This document shows positions 48,094-62,105 of a DNA stretch of 64,000 nt, piece by piece; within the stretch, counting starts at the first letter, position 1, and each line of letters begins with the position of its first letter. A program made the translations under genes and the position numbers. The notes under the pieces are model-generated. The model saw nothing but the letters and a program-made list of their open reading frames with translations. It ran no database searches and was not told where the DNA came from. The stretch is from Hormiphora californensis (lineage: Eukaryota; Animalia; Ctenophora): contig CM035358.1 of NCBI GenBank assembly GCA_020137815.1, forward strand, positions 1,116,001 through 1,180,000, in the 5' to 3' direction.

Positions 48094-51000
48094 ATGAGGA
48101 GGAGCAGAACTGAGGACCACTCGCATGATGGTGAAAGTGCTCATGAGGTGACCCAGGATAGTTCCAATCAGGATCAAAGTGATCAGGAACTCTGGCAGTG
48201 GCAGTACGAATGTGACCCATTTTGGGGCGGAATCAACCTCAACTCGGTCCCCCTCCCCACAGAGCGCATCTTCGTCATCTAAACGCACAAAATCAACATC
48301 ATCATCATCATCTTCCTCTAAGAAACAGAAGGGAGTTACTGCAGTGGTAGTGATGAGTGAGGAGGGGGTGTCAAGGATTGTCGCCACTCAAAGTAGCTCT
48401 GAACAAAGTGAAGATGTCACCAGCTCCAGTCGATCTTCACGAAAATCAGAATCTAGCAGCAAGTCGTCAAGGAAAGAGAAGTCAGAATCTCGCAAGTCTA
48501 CCAGAAGCGAGAAGTCCGTATCAAGCAAGTCCTCAAGAAAAAGCGAGAAATCGGAATCATCTAGGTCTCGATCTTCGTCTGAAAAGCATTCTGAAAAATC
48601 ATCAAGTAGACATTCTTCAAAAAGCAAATCAAAGAAATCGACAGTATCCATATACAGCGATGACTCGTACCAATATAATCACACTGATGACTTGATTTCC
48701 CCTGAGCCTAGCATCCAAACATCGGTATCAGCTGCATCTGAAGTGAAGGATGAGATAAAGGAATTGGGTAGTACCCTCCTCAGATCTCTCTCCCAGAACA
48801 GTCTCCCCAATGTGAAGAGTTCCCCCAGTTTCACCGGATCACCTGCTGAGGATGATTTTACGGAGGAGAACTCGGTGTTTACCGAGGAGTCAAGGTCGAA
48901 ATCAGAGGAGTCCAGATCAGATAAGAAGGGAAGTTCGGGAGGTAAGAGTGGGACAAGTATTGAAATTAGTGGTAGCTCAGTCCATCCTGTAAGATCGCAC
49001 AATACATCGACTGGGGTATCCGAGGAGAACGATGAAAAATTTGATGAAGGAGCGTCAGATGATGATGATGAAGGATCAATGATCGTTTACTCTCATGATG
49101 ACAGTGATCAAGATTCAGTGATCCTCCACGACAGTGAGGTTGACATTCAAGAAGTGTCTAGTCATTCCTACAAGCAGTACCTCCAACACGATGATGATGA
49201 GGAGAGTAGTAGTGAGAGTGAGGATGTGGTAGATATTCAGCAGGTAGTACACCATGCAGCACCAGACCACGTTTCTGATCCTTCACAACACACCATGGAT
49301 GGTCCGACCACCACTCGGTCACAAAGCCCCGACCAGGATGAAAGTGAGTCACGTGACAGAGAGAACAGAGAACAGAGTCCCGATGACCGGTTGGAAAGTG
49401 GCAGTGAGGGTCAACTATCGATCAGCGTGGAGGATATCACTCAAGATGAGGGTGTGAGCGTAACAGACATCTCCAACGACAGCCACAACCCAGACAACCT
49501 CGAGTTCTATTACGACGAGTATCGGTCCCCCATTGCAGTTTATATTCAGTCCCCCACCAAGAGTCAAGTCACAATAACATACAGTAAAAAGTCCCACATA
49601 TCATGGACCGAGACCGCTAGTAGCAGCACCTCCATGAGTCACAGTCAGCCTGAGATCCAGGGCGAGGAGGGTGGTGGGATGAGTGAGGGCGAGGTGGTTA
49701 GTGAGAGTGAGGAGGAAGAAGAGATAGAAGAGGTGGAACTACAACAGAGTCAACATCCAGAAGAAGAAGAAGATGATGATGTTCCATCCAGTTACCATCC
49801 CAGTTGGGACTTTCCCTCCGAACATCATAGTTCCCTTCCAGTCCTACTGACCTCAATAATAATTGACCCTGAGGATGAGGATGAACCATCCACATCTGAA
49901 AGTGGTGCCTATACCCCGGGCTTCACACTACACAGTGGCTCTTCCATCACCGCTGCTACCGATTCGGAGGAGATTGCCTACTTTGGGCCTGAATCAACCG
50001 TTACCACCAGCAAGGGCCTCCTTCAACTAGCCTCTGCCACCTCTCTCACAGAATCTGTCCTTGATTCAGAGTTGTATGACGACACCACGGTGCTGAAGGA
50101 GGAGATTGCAGCTGCTAAGAGCTCCCATAGTATCGTCCTTGAGACGGCCATGAAGATTCTCCACTCTAAGAGTTCAGAGAACGTAGCGACGCTAGTTCAG
50201 GACCTTGAGAGAACGTTAGATGCCAGTGATTACCCAGTACCCGATGAGATAGATCCTCTGACTGAGGACCAGAAAAAGGTGATAGAAACAGCCGAGAAGA
50301 TGTTGGAGAACAGGGGTGAGAGTGAGCTAGGTGATCTTTACCAGATGTTGATTCAGAATGCGGGAGAGGTTGATGAAGACACAGCGATTGAGAGGGTTCT
50401 GAGTTTGATATCAGCTAGCGATAGTGCCACCTCCGCTGCAACAGACGAACTGACGGAGATATTGAGTTTCTGCAGATCCACCCTTCAGGACAAGAAGAGT
50501 CAGTTCATGAAGGCGAGGGAGAAGTTGGCTGGGAGGTTGAGTGCAGAACCATTCTATGATCCTGAGAAGGACCCAATTAGGAGGAGAATTAGTCAGGTTA
50601 GGGAGTCGAACGAGGGAGATCTGGGGGCCGTTAGTGCTCGATACCACGAGGCACAGGAGAATCTAAAACGAGAGTTTGAGAGAGATGCTGAGATGATCAG
50701 GGGGTATCAGACTGTCATCCTGCCAGTGAGAGACTCAGCAGCCTGGGCCGCTCTACGGTCCCTCCTCTCCGCAGAGTACCCACCTGAGGAAGTGGATTAT
50801 ATCATGAGAACGGGGCGGAGATTCCAGGTCCCCCGGAAACCTGCCCCTCCTGAACCTGAGAAGAAATCCCCGGCTAGGAACTGGGATCATGTTAGGAAGC
50901 TAGTAGCACAGAGACAGCAGCCCAGGACTAGAAGGATAGAGTTGGAGGGAGAGGTATGCGATATACCGGATCACATCGCTAGGAGAATGATTGAGTCCCA

Positions 51001-54000
51001 GAAGAGGCAGGAGGCGAGGAGGTTAGAGATTGAACAGGGGGAGATCTGTCAGGTTCCAAGAGATGTTGAGAAAAGGATGTATAATGCTGCAAAGAAGATA
51101 CGGAAGATGGTGAGTTATTCGAACAAGTTTGCTGAGATTGTGAGGGCGCAGAAGAAACGGGCTGAGGAGGAGGAGGAGAGGAGATTAGAAGAAGAGGCCG
51201 CTCGGGAAGAAGCAAGGAAGAAAGAAGAAGAAGAAAAGAAGAGGATAGAGGAAGAGAAACGGATAGCACGGGAAGAGATCGAGAGGATAAAGCAGCAACT
51301 CGATGAAGAAAGAGAAGCAGAAAGGCTAAAGCAAGAAGAAGAGGAAAAGCGAAGAGAAGAAGAAAGGTTAAGAAAAGAAGCAGAGGAGCTAAGAGAAGAA
51401 GTAGAGAGGCTAAGAAAAGAAGACGAGGAGCGAAGGATGGCAGTTCGATCCCCATCTTACTCCTCTTCAACCCTCCCCGATGTCAGTTTTGAGGAAATCA
51501 TTAATGCTGACGAGTTTGAAAACTCTAACGATACCACCCCAGTTCCAAGCCCAGTTTCCTCCCAATCTGGAATCTACAGGACTTCCTCCATCTTCACCCC
51601 CTGTCTCACTAGGACCTCACTCGGAACGCAGACTGATTTCTCGACCGAACACCACCAAAACACCTGTATTTCCACCCCTGATTTCACTCGGAGGTTTACC
51701 TATGGAAGGAACCTGGACCGGAGGAATGAGTTGTTATTGTACGGTGGAACTGATGGTCCTTTTCTAAATCGAGTTCCTAGGGATGGTGAACAGAATAGAA
51801 CTCCCCAGCAGGAAATCACACAATGGACCAGGACATCCCAAGTGTCCACCACGGGTGAACTGAGTTTCTACAACCTTCTCTCCCTCCACCAACTCCCTGA
51901 TGTACAACCTGCCTGTCTCCTCCCCACCTGTCCCTGTTGTACCACAAACACGGAGACGATTCACAGTTTGAGGAAGAGGTTGAAGGTCATGGTTGGGAAG
52001 CTGAACGAGCATACAGAGTTCACTCTTTACACCCTTCTTGAAATGTCCATGTTTCTGTTGGAAGATCCAGATCGGAGGGAGCATGCCATTGATACTTTGG
52101 AGCATATGGACAGTAGGTTTTGGAGGAATACAGAGGATTTGGAGATTTATAGGAAGGTCATGTTGATGCTTCATTTCATTGAGATGGAGAGGAAGGATGG
52201 GGAGAAAGAGAGGAGCTTCAAGGGGAAGGTGAGATTATTACATTTCATGTGAGATTCGCATTTCTACCCAGTTATCAATCATGTTAAAATATGAGAATTC
52301 AGTTTCCGTTTATCAGTTCGGTGCATATTATTTATGTTCCTGTGTCAGTGCAGCAGACTAAACAATGATCTGGGATGTGTAGTGATCCGATATCCACAGT
52401 AATTCCAGCTAATTTTCACTCTATATCACCATTCAAACCTCTCTCTCTCTCTCAACACTTCATAATAAAACTTCTCATTTATTTCCCCTATTCTCAAATG
52501 TCTCTCTCCCTTTTCTCTCCCCTATTCTCAAATGTCACTCCTTTTCTCTCCCCTATTCTCCAATATCACTCTCCCTTTCTCCAGTCTCCACCCCCCTCTA
52601 GGACCCCTAATCGGGTTACCTGCCTAGTGAGTGTCGCCAGCTGTGAGGCGTCTCAGATTTCTCAAACACTCACTCTCTCTTTGATCTTCCCCCTCTCTCT
52701 CTCTCCCCCTCCCCCTCTCTCTCTTTTCTTGGGTCCCTGGAATGTTTCCACAAATTCTAACTAGCTCCGTATCACGATGCATCTCCCCGTTGCTGAGCTC
52801 TGTGTTTCTTCATTGTCCAGGGGAAAGGACTTGTAATGCTATTTTCTATTTTGTGTGTTCATGTTGGTGAAATTCAGTGAGCTCCAAAATTAGATCTAGC
52901 CCTCGATCTTGCTTTCCATATTTAGATGTCACTAAAATTATCGTTCATTCTGTTTTGTTGAACAGTCTAAGCTGTGAATTGTTTCAAACCATTCGATATT
53001 TGACTAACATTACCTTTTCTTTCCCATTTTAGTGTGATCGAGTACTCACACAGTTGCTAGAGGATCACCGGGCAATGCCTGACAGTACAACACATGTCTT
53101 TGGCTCCCATCTTCTCCTGGAAGAGGAGCGGAGACGATTCAGAAACACAGGTATGTGCTCCTTCATAAAACAAAATATTACTCCTTCATAAAATGAAATA
53201 TTACTCCTTCATAAAACCAGACAATGGAGTTATAATCCCTCTTTCCTACACAGTTGACCAGTTAGAGAAGCAGCGAGCTGAAGCTCAGGAAGAGGTTGAT
53301 GACCTGATAAACGCTCTCCGACGAGAGAGGGATCTGGGTGATGAAGAGATTATCTTTCTGAAGGCCCAACTGAGGGGGATTACAGCTACAAAATATGAAA
53401 ATGAGGACAAAGTGGAGACACTTGAGAAGGTAGGAACTCGGCGGGACTGTAGGTAGGGGGATTAATTTGTTAGTTAATTGACGGGCTAGGTAACTAAATA
53501 GGGAGAATCATTATGGTTACCAATATTGACAATGAATTGTGGGCGAATAAATGAACGAATGTTCTGACAGACACAACCTCTTTTCCGGTGTCTGTAAGAA
53601 CATATTCGTTCTCCAGATCCCATGCCTGTATAAACTTCCCTCACCAAACACTGTACTAAATCATTGTTCTGGTGACAATCTCATCTCTAGAGTCTTTGAG
53701 AGCCCAGCTGTACCGCCTTATTTTTGCTGCTTGTATCTCTCTCTCCCTCTCTCTCCTCTCTCTCCAATTCTCTCCAGTCTCCGCCGATCTCTTCTCCCTG
53801 TAATTTCTCCATTTAAGGTCTATACATGGTTCTGTCTACAGTTCCCTCTCTCATGTCAACCTCTCTCTCTCTCTCTCTTGCTGTACTTACAACTGTTGTT
53901 GGCTACAACATAACATCCGTTCTCCTGTGTATCATCTGCTTGTACTCTCTCGCTGGAAATCCGGCATTGTTTTTTGGTACCACTTTGACATCAGATATTC

Positions 54001-57000
54001 AATTAAATCCTTTTTCTGAAATTGCATCCTCACTTGATGATTTTAGTAATATGCGCCATGGAGTGTTCAGAACTGAGTGATATGAACAATCCGTCACCAT
54101 GACAACAATAACTGTAACAGAAACCAGAACACAGTTTCCTCCTCTCTTGAAACCTTTCTACCTCCAGATGTATATCTCTCAGAGTCAGATTTATCGTCAC
54201 CTGAACCGGTTTATAGGGGGGGGGGGGTAGTGGGGTTGGTTTCTGACCAGCAGAGGGATCACAAGATGCACTAGTTACTATTATAATATTACATATTTGA
54301 TTTTGACACAACCTTTCCGTAGGACAACGAGAACTTGAAGGAAGAGCTGAAAAAAGAAATTTACAAAAGGAAGAAGTTGAAAGAACGGTTCCTGGAACTC
54401 CAAGATCTCGTCAATGATGAGAGTGTGGTGTTAGTGAAAGAGGTAGAGAAGAGAGATGAGGAGATTCAAACACTGAAAGATGAAATTGATGATCTAAAAG
54501 ATCAGGTAGGCATCCTATTATCCACCTCAATTCACTGTTTGTTCCTTTCTATTGAGGCTATATTCTCTGCTACCTCCTAATAAAATAGTGCTATTACTAT
54601 TCGAAACCTGTTTGATAAATCTATAACTTTAACTCCTCTAAGCTTCCTATTGATTCATCTATAACATTGACACCTCCACTCTCCAATTCTCCAGATCACT
54701 CAAACTGAAGAGGAGCGAGATACAGCTAAGGACAAAGAGGACAAGCTCCTGGAGGAGTGTGAGAGACTTGCAACTGCAGTGGATGATCTTGAGGATCAGC
54801 TAAAATCAGCCCAGAGAGATATCACCGCATACAAGGTCAGGACCTCTAATTTGTCGACTTTGGTTGATTGTCTGGAACGTTTTTTTGCCGCTTTCCCAGG
54901 CAGTTTTTCTCAAATCCGAGCTATCTATATATCTCTTACGTCTAAGCCATCTCGTCATTGTCTAAGTAACACAATTTGGTTTCTAAATCCCCTCAACTCT
55001 ACCTAGATTATCATTGTCTAAGTAACACAATTTGGTTTCTTAAACCCCCTCAACTCTACCTAGATTATCATTGTCTAAGTAACACAATTTGGTTTCTTAA
55101 ACCCCCTCAACTCTACATAGATTGTCCTGGAGGAGAAGGGTGTGAACACTGACGAGGTAGATGGAGATGAAGTCGTCCAGGCTAAAGCTGATCTTGAAGA
55201 GGCTAAACAGGATAAGGAAGCCCTGGAGGAACAGCTTGCTGAGCTGAAGGAGGCTCTTGAGGAGGGTGAGAAGGAGCTGGTGGAGAGTCTGGAGGAGAAG
55301 GATAAGAAGATTGGACAGCTGAAGAGAGCGCTAGATGACAATGAGTATCTTCACCAGACCAAGGAAGATGATCTCTACCTCCGTATGTGATAGAATGTGT
55401 AGTTTAGCGTTCTTAGTACGTGACTAATTGTGTTGCCCTGGTAACGTTGCCATAGTAACACATCCCCCGAATCTTCAACCCCCGCCCTACCTCACCACCT
55501 GACCATCACACTAACATTCTTGTATCTCACACAGAGAACGAGCAGTTGAATGAAGCTGTTGAGAACCTTCAGGAGCAGTTGAAGAACATCACAGCATCTG
55601 GGGAACTTCCCCCAGAGATGGGAGTCAGTCAGGAGAAATACGATCAACTGTTGGGCGAGGTAAGTATCTTTCATATAGTATCCCACCTAGGACCAGACCC
55701 CCCATTCTGATCCCACTGGCCAGTCCTCACAGTTTATATCTAAAGACTATCCTCCCACAAAACAGCTGACCCCTAAAATCTAACTCCCCCCCCCCCCAAA
55801 ACAGCTGACCCCTAAAATCTAACTCCTCCCCAAAACAGCTGACCCCTAAAATCTAACTCCTCCCCAAACAGCTGACCCCTAAAATCTAACTCCTCCCCAA
55901 ACAGCTGACCCCTAAAATCTAACTCCTTCCCCCAATGTAGGTTGAGAAGATGGACAAGGAGAGGGTGAAGCTGCAGAACCACTATAAGGATCTGAAGAGC
56001 TACATTGACAAGGATACTGCCGACCTTATTGGTATGTGCAGCATAGCCATGATTGGTGTCAAATAAATTGCAACACAACATCAAACACCAGTCATAAAAC
56101 ACCTTTTTCACAGCTTTCATGGCATGTTTTCACAGCTTCCCTACCACACCTCAGTCCTCATCTCTTACCTAACCTCATCTCATCCCCAACACACCTCATC
56201 TCATTCCTAACACACAGCTCACTCTTCCCCAGCTGAGATCCAAGAGAGGGATGCGGTGATAGAGAGTATGAATGAGAAACTTCATGATCTTGATGCGATA
56301 GACCAACTCCAGGCAGAGTTAGACTGGACCAAGAAACAGAGGAAGGTCGATGAACAAAAGATGGCTGAACTCCGAAACGCTATTACCCAGGTTTGTGTGT
56401 ACAATAGTTACCACGGTTACCATTAACTGTTACCATGGTTACCACTAACTGTTACCATGGTTACTAATTTATTACTACCATCTCTTTCCAGGACAAGAGG
56501 GAGATAGTGGCTGACAGTGAGAAGAAGAGTGACATGATCAGACAGCTGAAGGCCACCCTGACCGATGCTAAAACTAACTTAGAACGGGCCCGATACAAGC
56601 AGAGAGAAATAATCGCAGCCAATCAAGCTCTCAGGTAAACGGGATATTATAGTTAACCCTATTTAGTGTTAGGAATATGAACCTTAGCTATGTTTAGCGT
56701 GAAGGAATGAACTCAATTTTAGAAGCGTCTTAGTATTTAGATTTAGCGGCTAAACACTTGGCTTCCTTCCAATTCTAATCCACTGGCTTCCTTCCAATTC
56801 TAATCCACTCTGCAGGGCTGATAACCAGGCATTACAGAGGGAACTAGATGAGCTGAGAGCCAACCAGGGACCCAGCAGGAGGGCCAGTACCGACAAGAAG
56901 GTGGAGGAGCTGGTAGAGGATCTCAAGGACTCTAATAGGTACTAATTAGTGATCACTAATTAGGTACTAATTAGTGATACCTACTAAGTAATTAATAATT

Positions 57001-60000
57001 GATCAGCGTTTGATTGTCTAGAGGTGATCCCATCATCATATCGAGACACCGAAAGCAGCTGTTGTCGCTGCAATCCCCCGGGACTTAAAGTGAGAGTCTC
57101 CGGTCATCAAAACTTATCAGACCGGCCGTAATCAACTTCGGCATACCCCAGGAAGTTCCACTAACCCCATCCTACCACAGAGATCTTGAGAAGGAGCGAG
57201 AAATGAGGGGACAACTCCACTCTGCGATGCAGACCCTGAAGGATACACTCAGTGATGAAGATGCTGATCTTGTTGATGAGATACAGAAACGAGATATTAT
57301 CATTGCTAACCTGCATTGTCAACTGAGGGAGGAGACTGACCGACTCAGGCAACAGGTATGGCCATTTGTAGATTTTTACCCAACTCCTGGCTGACATAAT
57401 GTTGGTACGAGGGTAGTCTCATTTCTTAGTTGTACACCAATGACCAACTAAACATCAGCGCGGTCAAATGCCAATATAAGTCCCCATTCTAAAGTCTATA
57501 CATTACCGTTATTCAACAACATGTGATCTTTGTCCAGGTTGAGAACCACAGAAAGAAGGAAGCAGAGGTATTGGAAGACTACCAGACCATACGAGATAGG
57601 GTAGAGAATGTGGAACAGGACTGTGAACCTGTCGGACACCAACCTGCCATCAAAGGTGAGAGCTCCCACCATATAACATCAGAACACAAATTTAACCCCC
57701 TGCTTCACAGCGAACCCTTCGTTAATTCACTACACCGCTCGTAACAAAATGTCCCATGTCCCTAATTTTCACCCATTCAGAACTGGAAAGGGACATGTTC
57801 GATGATCTCTCCCACTGGCTTGAGGACGAGGTACGGATCCTGGAGACAGGTCTCAGTGACAGGGTCTCACATCTCAGTGAATTAGAGTCTCTGTTGAGGA
57901 ATGATCCCAACTTTGATGAAGAGAGGATTCATTATGTAAAGGAGCTGGCCGCACAGGTACCGCGGGTCTGGGGTTCATTTGGGGGCTTGGTAGCACATGT
58001 TCTGCGGCTATATGAGTTCTGGGGTTGTATGGGGTTTTCTTACTCGGTACTCCCGGAAATTTGTCCCATTTATGCCAGTAATAACTTGGTTATTATAAGA
58101 TTTCTTATCAATCTGGGGTTTGTTTTCCTTGTGACCTGGATCAGTGCATGGCTTTCCTAGTTCTAATAAAATAAGGGTCGAACGTAACCTGATCCTAGGT
58201 TTATCTTCCAAGTCACAATGAGGGTAGAAAAGTAGAAAATATGGGAAATACATGCGGTGGCATGTGATGTGGATGAAAAACATGACCAGGATAACATAAT
58301 ATGTAGAATGACCCAACAGTTGGATGGGTTTGGGGTCTACCCCAAAATTCAGAACCTTTTTCCAACCGTATCCTCATTCACCCTCAGGAGAAAGAGATAA
58401 ATGAGCTGAGATCGCTAAACAGAGGAATTGAAAGGTCACAGAGAGACAGGGCAGATGAGTACGAAAAGGAGCTTCAGAAACTACTCCGAGAGAATGATGC
58501 ACTCCGACGACAGGTAACCACACCAAAAACCCCTTCACCACCATATCTGATAAATTATCTCGATCATGATAGATCAGAGCCGGATTTGTCCTCCAAAATG
58601 AGCTGCCCAGAGCAACACCCTTATTATAATATGGCTAGGGGGCTATAGCCGATTAGCCGGTGTTAGGGCTGAGAGAGAGACTAAAGAAGAGATAGTTTGG
58701 GGATATAGTTTGAGAGAGATCTGAGTTTGAGAGTGATCTAAGAGAGATATTATCCGCGGCTAAACCGTTCTGGGTCTACATGCACGTAAAGATCTCACGC
58801 CTGTCTTTTGTATGCACATTGTCCCTTGCATGTCATTACTCAGAGAGAGAGAGAGAGAGAGAGGGAGTGTACGTAGATGTTGTTGGAGATATCAGATATT
58901 GTCCGTTAAAATGTGTTTTGGATCCTACCCAATAGCAACTTGTCCTCTTTGATCCCATTCATTCTTGGTTATTTAGCTTGGATTTTAACCCTCATTTTAA
59001 TGATCAATCTCAATGGAGCACCAACTGTTCTCTATCTAATCTCCCCCTCCCTCTCTAGCTTGGAACTGAGACTGGAAACATTGTGTCTGCACCGCTCCAC
59101 GGGAGTTCAGATTCACTGAACGTGGCTTTAAATCAAACTATGGAGAGTGGATTAGGTACGTGTTTATTTTGGTGTTTTGAGCCATTTTGTATCTGACGTG
59201 TACGATTGGATCATTTAGCGTATCAATTCATTCCTGGCTTGTTTCACGCTTGCTCACCGGTTAAAGATAGTATACTAGTATACAGTGTACAGCTGTACGT
59301 CCTCTTGATTGCTGACCATTTACATCCCCTTTCCAAAGGTGTCTCCATTGGCCCCGATCGGGATTCAATGACACTGATGGAGCTACAGAGGTCCACTCCA
59401 CCAGGCCAGGCTGCCCCATCACCCTACCCTACACAAACAGAGACTGTCCCTGCTGAGAAGTACGATGACAGCAAGGTACGTGTTAGTTAGGAACCGACCA
59501 AATCAGGAAATACTGGTCCCTGATTGGCTGATAACCAGTCACGTGACCTAGATAACGAGTTCTGATTGGTTGTTTATTTGTGTCGGTCGGTTCCTGGTGT
59601 ATTATAGTTAGGACGCTCTTCTTGTGACTCTTTGAATTTCTTTGGATTTCGAAATTAGCTCTCATTTTATCCCCACGGCCCTGGTTCTAACCATTATTGT
59701 ATCCTCTCCACCAGGAGCGAGAGTTGATATCCCAGCTGCGTCAAATCTACAGCAACCTGGACATGTGTAGACAGGACATCAATAGGATAGTAGAGAACTT
59801 CCACGATAGGATAGTGAGACACCATCCCCGTCTTCAAAGGAATGATTCTCCTACCAGGCTGGACGCTAGGAATATTGGATCTACTATCAACTCTCTACTG
59901 GAGGGATACCACTCACAGGTTGGTTACCATGGTTACCACAAGTGAGAGAGATCGTTACCATGGCTACCATATGAGATAGAGTATATGTTACCATGGTTAC

Positions 60001-61202
60001 CACATGAATGACGTCATCATGATGCTAACAAGATCACTAAGACACCTTTCTGATATGTTTTTCAGGTTTCATCAGACCGGTCTGAGGGGGACCACCAATC
60101 ATTACCTGCATCCCCCTCTACAAATCTTGTAGGCACTTAATTCGTGTCACAAGCACAATACATCTTCCTTCTCTTGAAATATGTATTCCATGTCTCTCTC
60201 CCTCTTTCCATGTCCTTCTCCCTCTTTCCCATTTCGGTTTCCCTAATGTACTTCCTCTCTCTCCGAGCTTTGTTTCATGTCACTTCCTATAATATAGTAA
60301 AGCAATCAAGGGACTAATTTCGAATAATTTTCTCGGGCATCCTTACTTTAATTTCGAGCCGTCAAATTGCCCTTCAATTCTTCGTCATATTACGAATGTG
60401 AGCATCCTTGATTCCCATCTTCAAATCCAATTTGTCCAGCACCTTACCAGGCACCGCCACTTTAGTGAGATATGCCCTCATGTGTCTGTCACATAATGTC
60501 TGATAAATGATGATGGTGATGATGAGTCATATCAGATATGGTACAACATTGTGTGTATGACATGTTTCATGCCTGCTTCAGGGGAGCGGCCCCTTCGTTG
60601 AGTGTATATCAATACATTCTGTCTCTCCCCTTCCTTTTGCACCTTTATCTCTCACTGTGAAAGCTCACTACGCCAGAGGACACTCTCTATTTCTCTCCCT
60701 CCCATCTCTCTTTCTATAATTCTATATCTCTCTTCTTTCTGTAATATATGTAAACAATTGTGCAGTTTACCGGTACTGGCGGCATAGAGATCCCGCTATT
60801 TTGCAATTGATATACCGAGTTAACAAGCCTTGCATACCCTGTTGTTATATTGCTAGTTTCATCGGGTGTTTTAGTTGCCAATGTCTCGATTTAGGAGACA
60901 GCCACCTGAGGACCCGCCCTCCAAGGTCTCACAACTTGTTTGTGCTCCTTCATAAAACCAATCGATGCTCCTTCATAAAACTCACGACTGCTCATGCTTC
61001 TTCATTTCTAGAAACTTCATGATACATGTTTATTTGTTCACTTGCAATTCACTCCTCAATAATTCTAACACATTCCTCATCCCCAGGTGACAGACCTGAT
61101 TAATAGGCTGAACAGTGAGAGTTCTACTGCTGCTCGACGGAATGAGAGTCTAGAGGATGTTGTACAGCAGCTGGAGTCCAACCTAGGACAGGAGAGAACC
61201 AG
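48094..61202 (+). CDS. Giant protein: Ser/Glu-rich disordered N-terminus, E/K/R single-alpha-helix segment and long C-terminal coiled coil
   Basis: Exon about 48094-52228 (likely 1-nt frameshift near 48188; donor AAG|GTGAGA). Then phase-consistent exons 53033-53150, 53254-53429, 54323-54505, 54695-54835, 55121-55382, 55535-55659, 55941-56031, 56233-56390, 56492-56634, 56816-56938, 57181-57354, 57538-57655, 57781-57956, 58388-58513, 59059-59155, 59339-59475, 59715-59918, then either 60066-60140 (stop) or 61087-61202. Confidence 0.85.
54954..55120. repeat. 57-bp tandem repeat x3 overlapping a splice acceptor
   Basis: cattgtctaagtaacacaatttggtttc..ctcaactctacctagattat repeated; the last copy ends at the AG of exon 55121. 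Confidence 0.9.
55760..55927. repeat. About 36-bp tandem repeat x5 (aaacagctgacccctaaaatctaactcctcccc)
   Basis: Directly visible, immediately upstream of the acceptor at 55940. Confidence 0.9.
59488..59596. mobile_element. Short hAT-like MITE (about 109 bp), intronic
   Basis: Imperfect TIRs TAGGAACCGACC..GGTCGGTTCCTG; no exact 8-bp TSD. The minus translation QEPTDTNKQPIRTRYLGHVTGYQPIRDQYFLI is one I recall as a high-copy Pleurobrachia repeat. Confidence 0.7.
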
Positions 61203-61809
61203 GTAAGATAGAGAGATCATGGTACTATATAGGATCTCAGGTGTTTCTCCCCCACTATAAAGTGTGAGTACGTGTCTCTCCTCGCCTAGTTCGGCCCTGT
61301 CTTACAAATGTAAAGGAGGGTTAGAACATATCAAGTCTCTCCTTCTTCGTGTGATCTGATCAGAGCTCATCTGGAAGTGCATTGATCCGTGACCATTTTG
61401 TAGCAACTTCCCACCCTTTCCAACTCCCCACCCAATCTCTCATGGTGTCCAAATGTAATCTTTCCTTGTGTTGAGTCGCTACCTATGTAACCTTACATAA
61501 AGTGCAACATGGATTCATTTCACTAGTTGTACCCTGTTTATAATGTAACTGTTTGTAAATTGTAATGTAACTGTTTGTAATGTAATTGTTTGTAATGTAA
61601 CATGTAACTGTGACCAGGTGTAACTATGTAACCGGTGTCCTATCGGAACTTGCACCGTTTTGATTGTTTGTACAACAATTTCTACCATGTTTATCTAACC
61701 GTTATTATGAGTGTTTAGCTATACAGAGCTTGTACCTGATAGACTCATTCGCGAGCTTGTTGCACATTCAATCATTGTGCATTGCGGTTCTGTGGTTGTT
61801 GTATCTCTC

Positions 61810-61894
<85 letters not shown>

Positions 61895-62105
61895 GTTTAG
61901 TAAATACCTCGTTAACACACTCCCTCGCTTGTTACTTTTGAACTGTAGTTTTCCAATTTACACCCATATCCCATTTTATGCAGTAATTATGGTACCAACT
62001 CATACTGCAGCTGCAAGAGGGTCCTGAAAAAGAACAGCAGTCACCAAGGATAAACAACAACAATCAGATCACGCAGAGATCAGATCACCAAGGATCAAGT
62101 GAACG

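Noticed and set aside
48052-52174. Several antisense and alternate-frame ORFs over the giant exon
   Set aside because: Shadow ORFs expected from the biased codon content of the sense frame.
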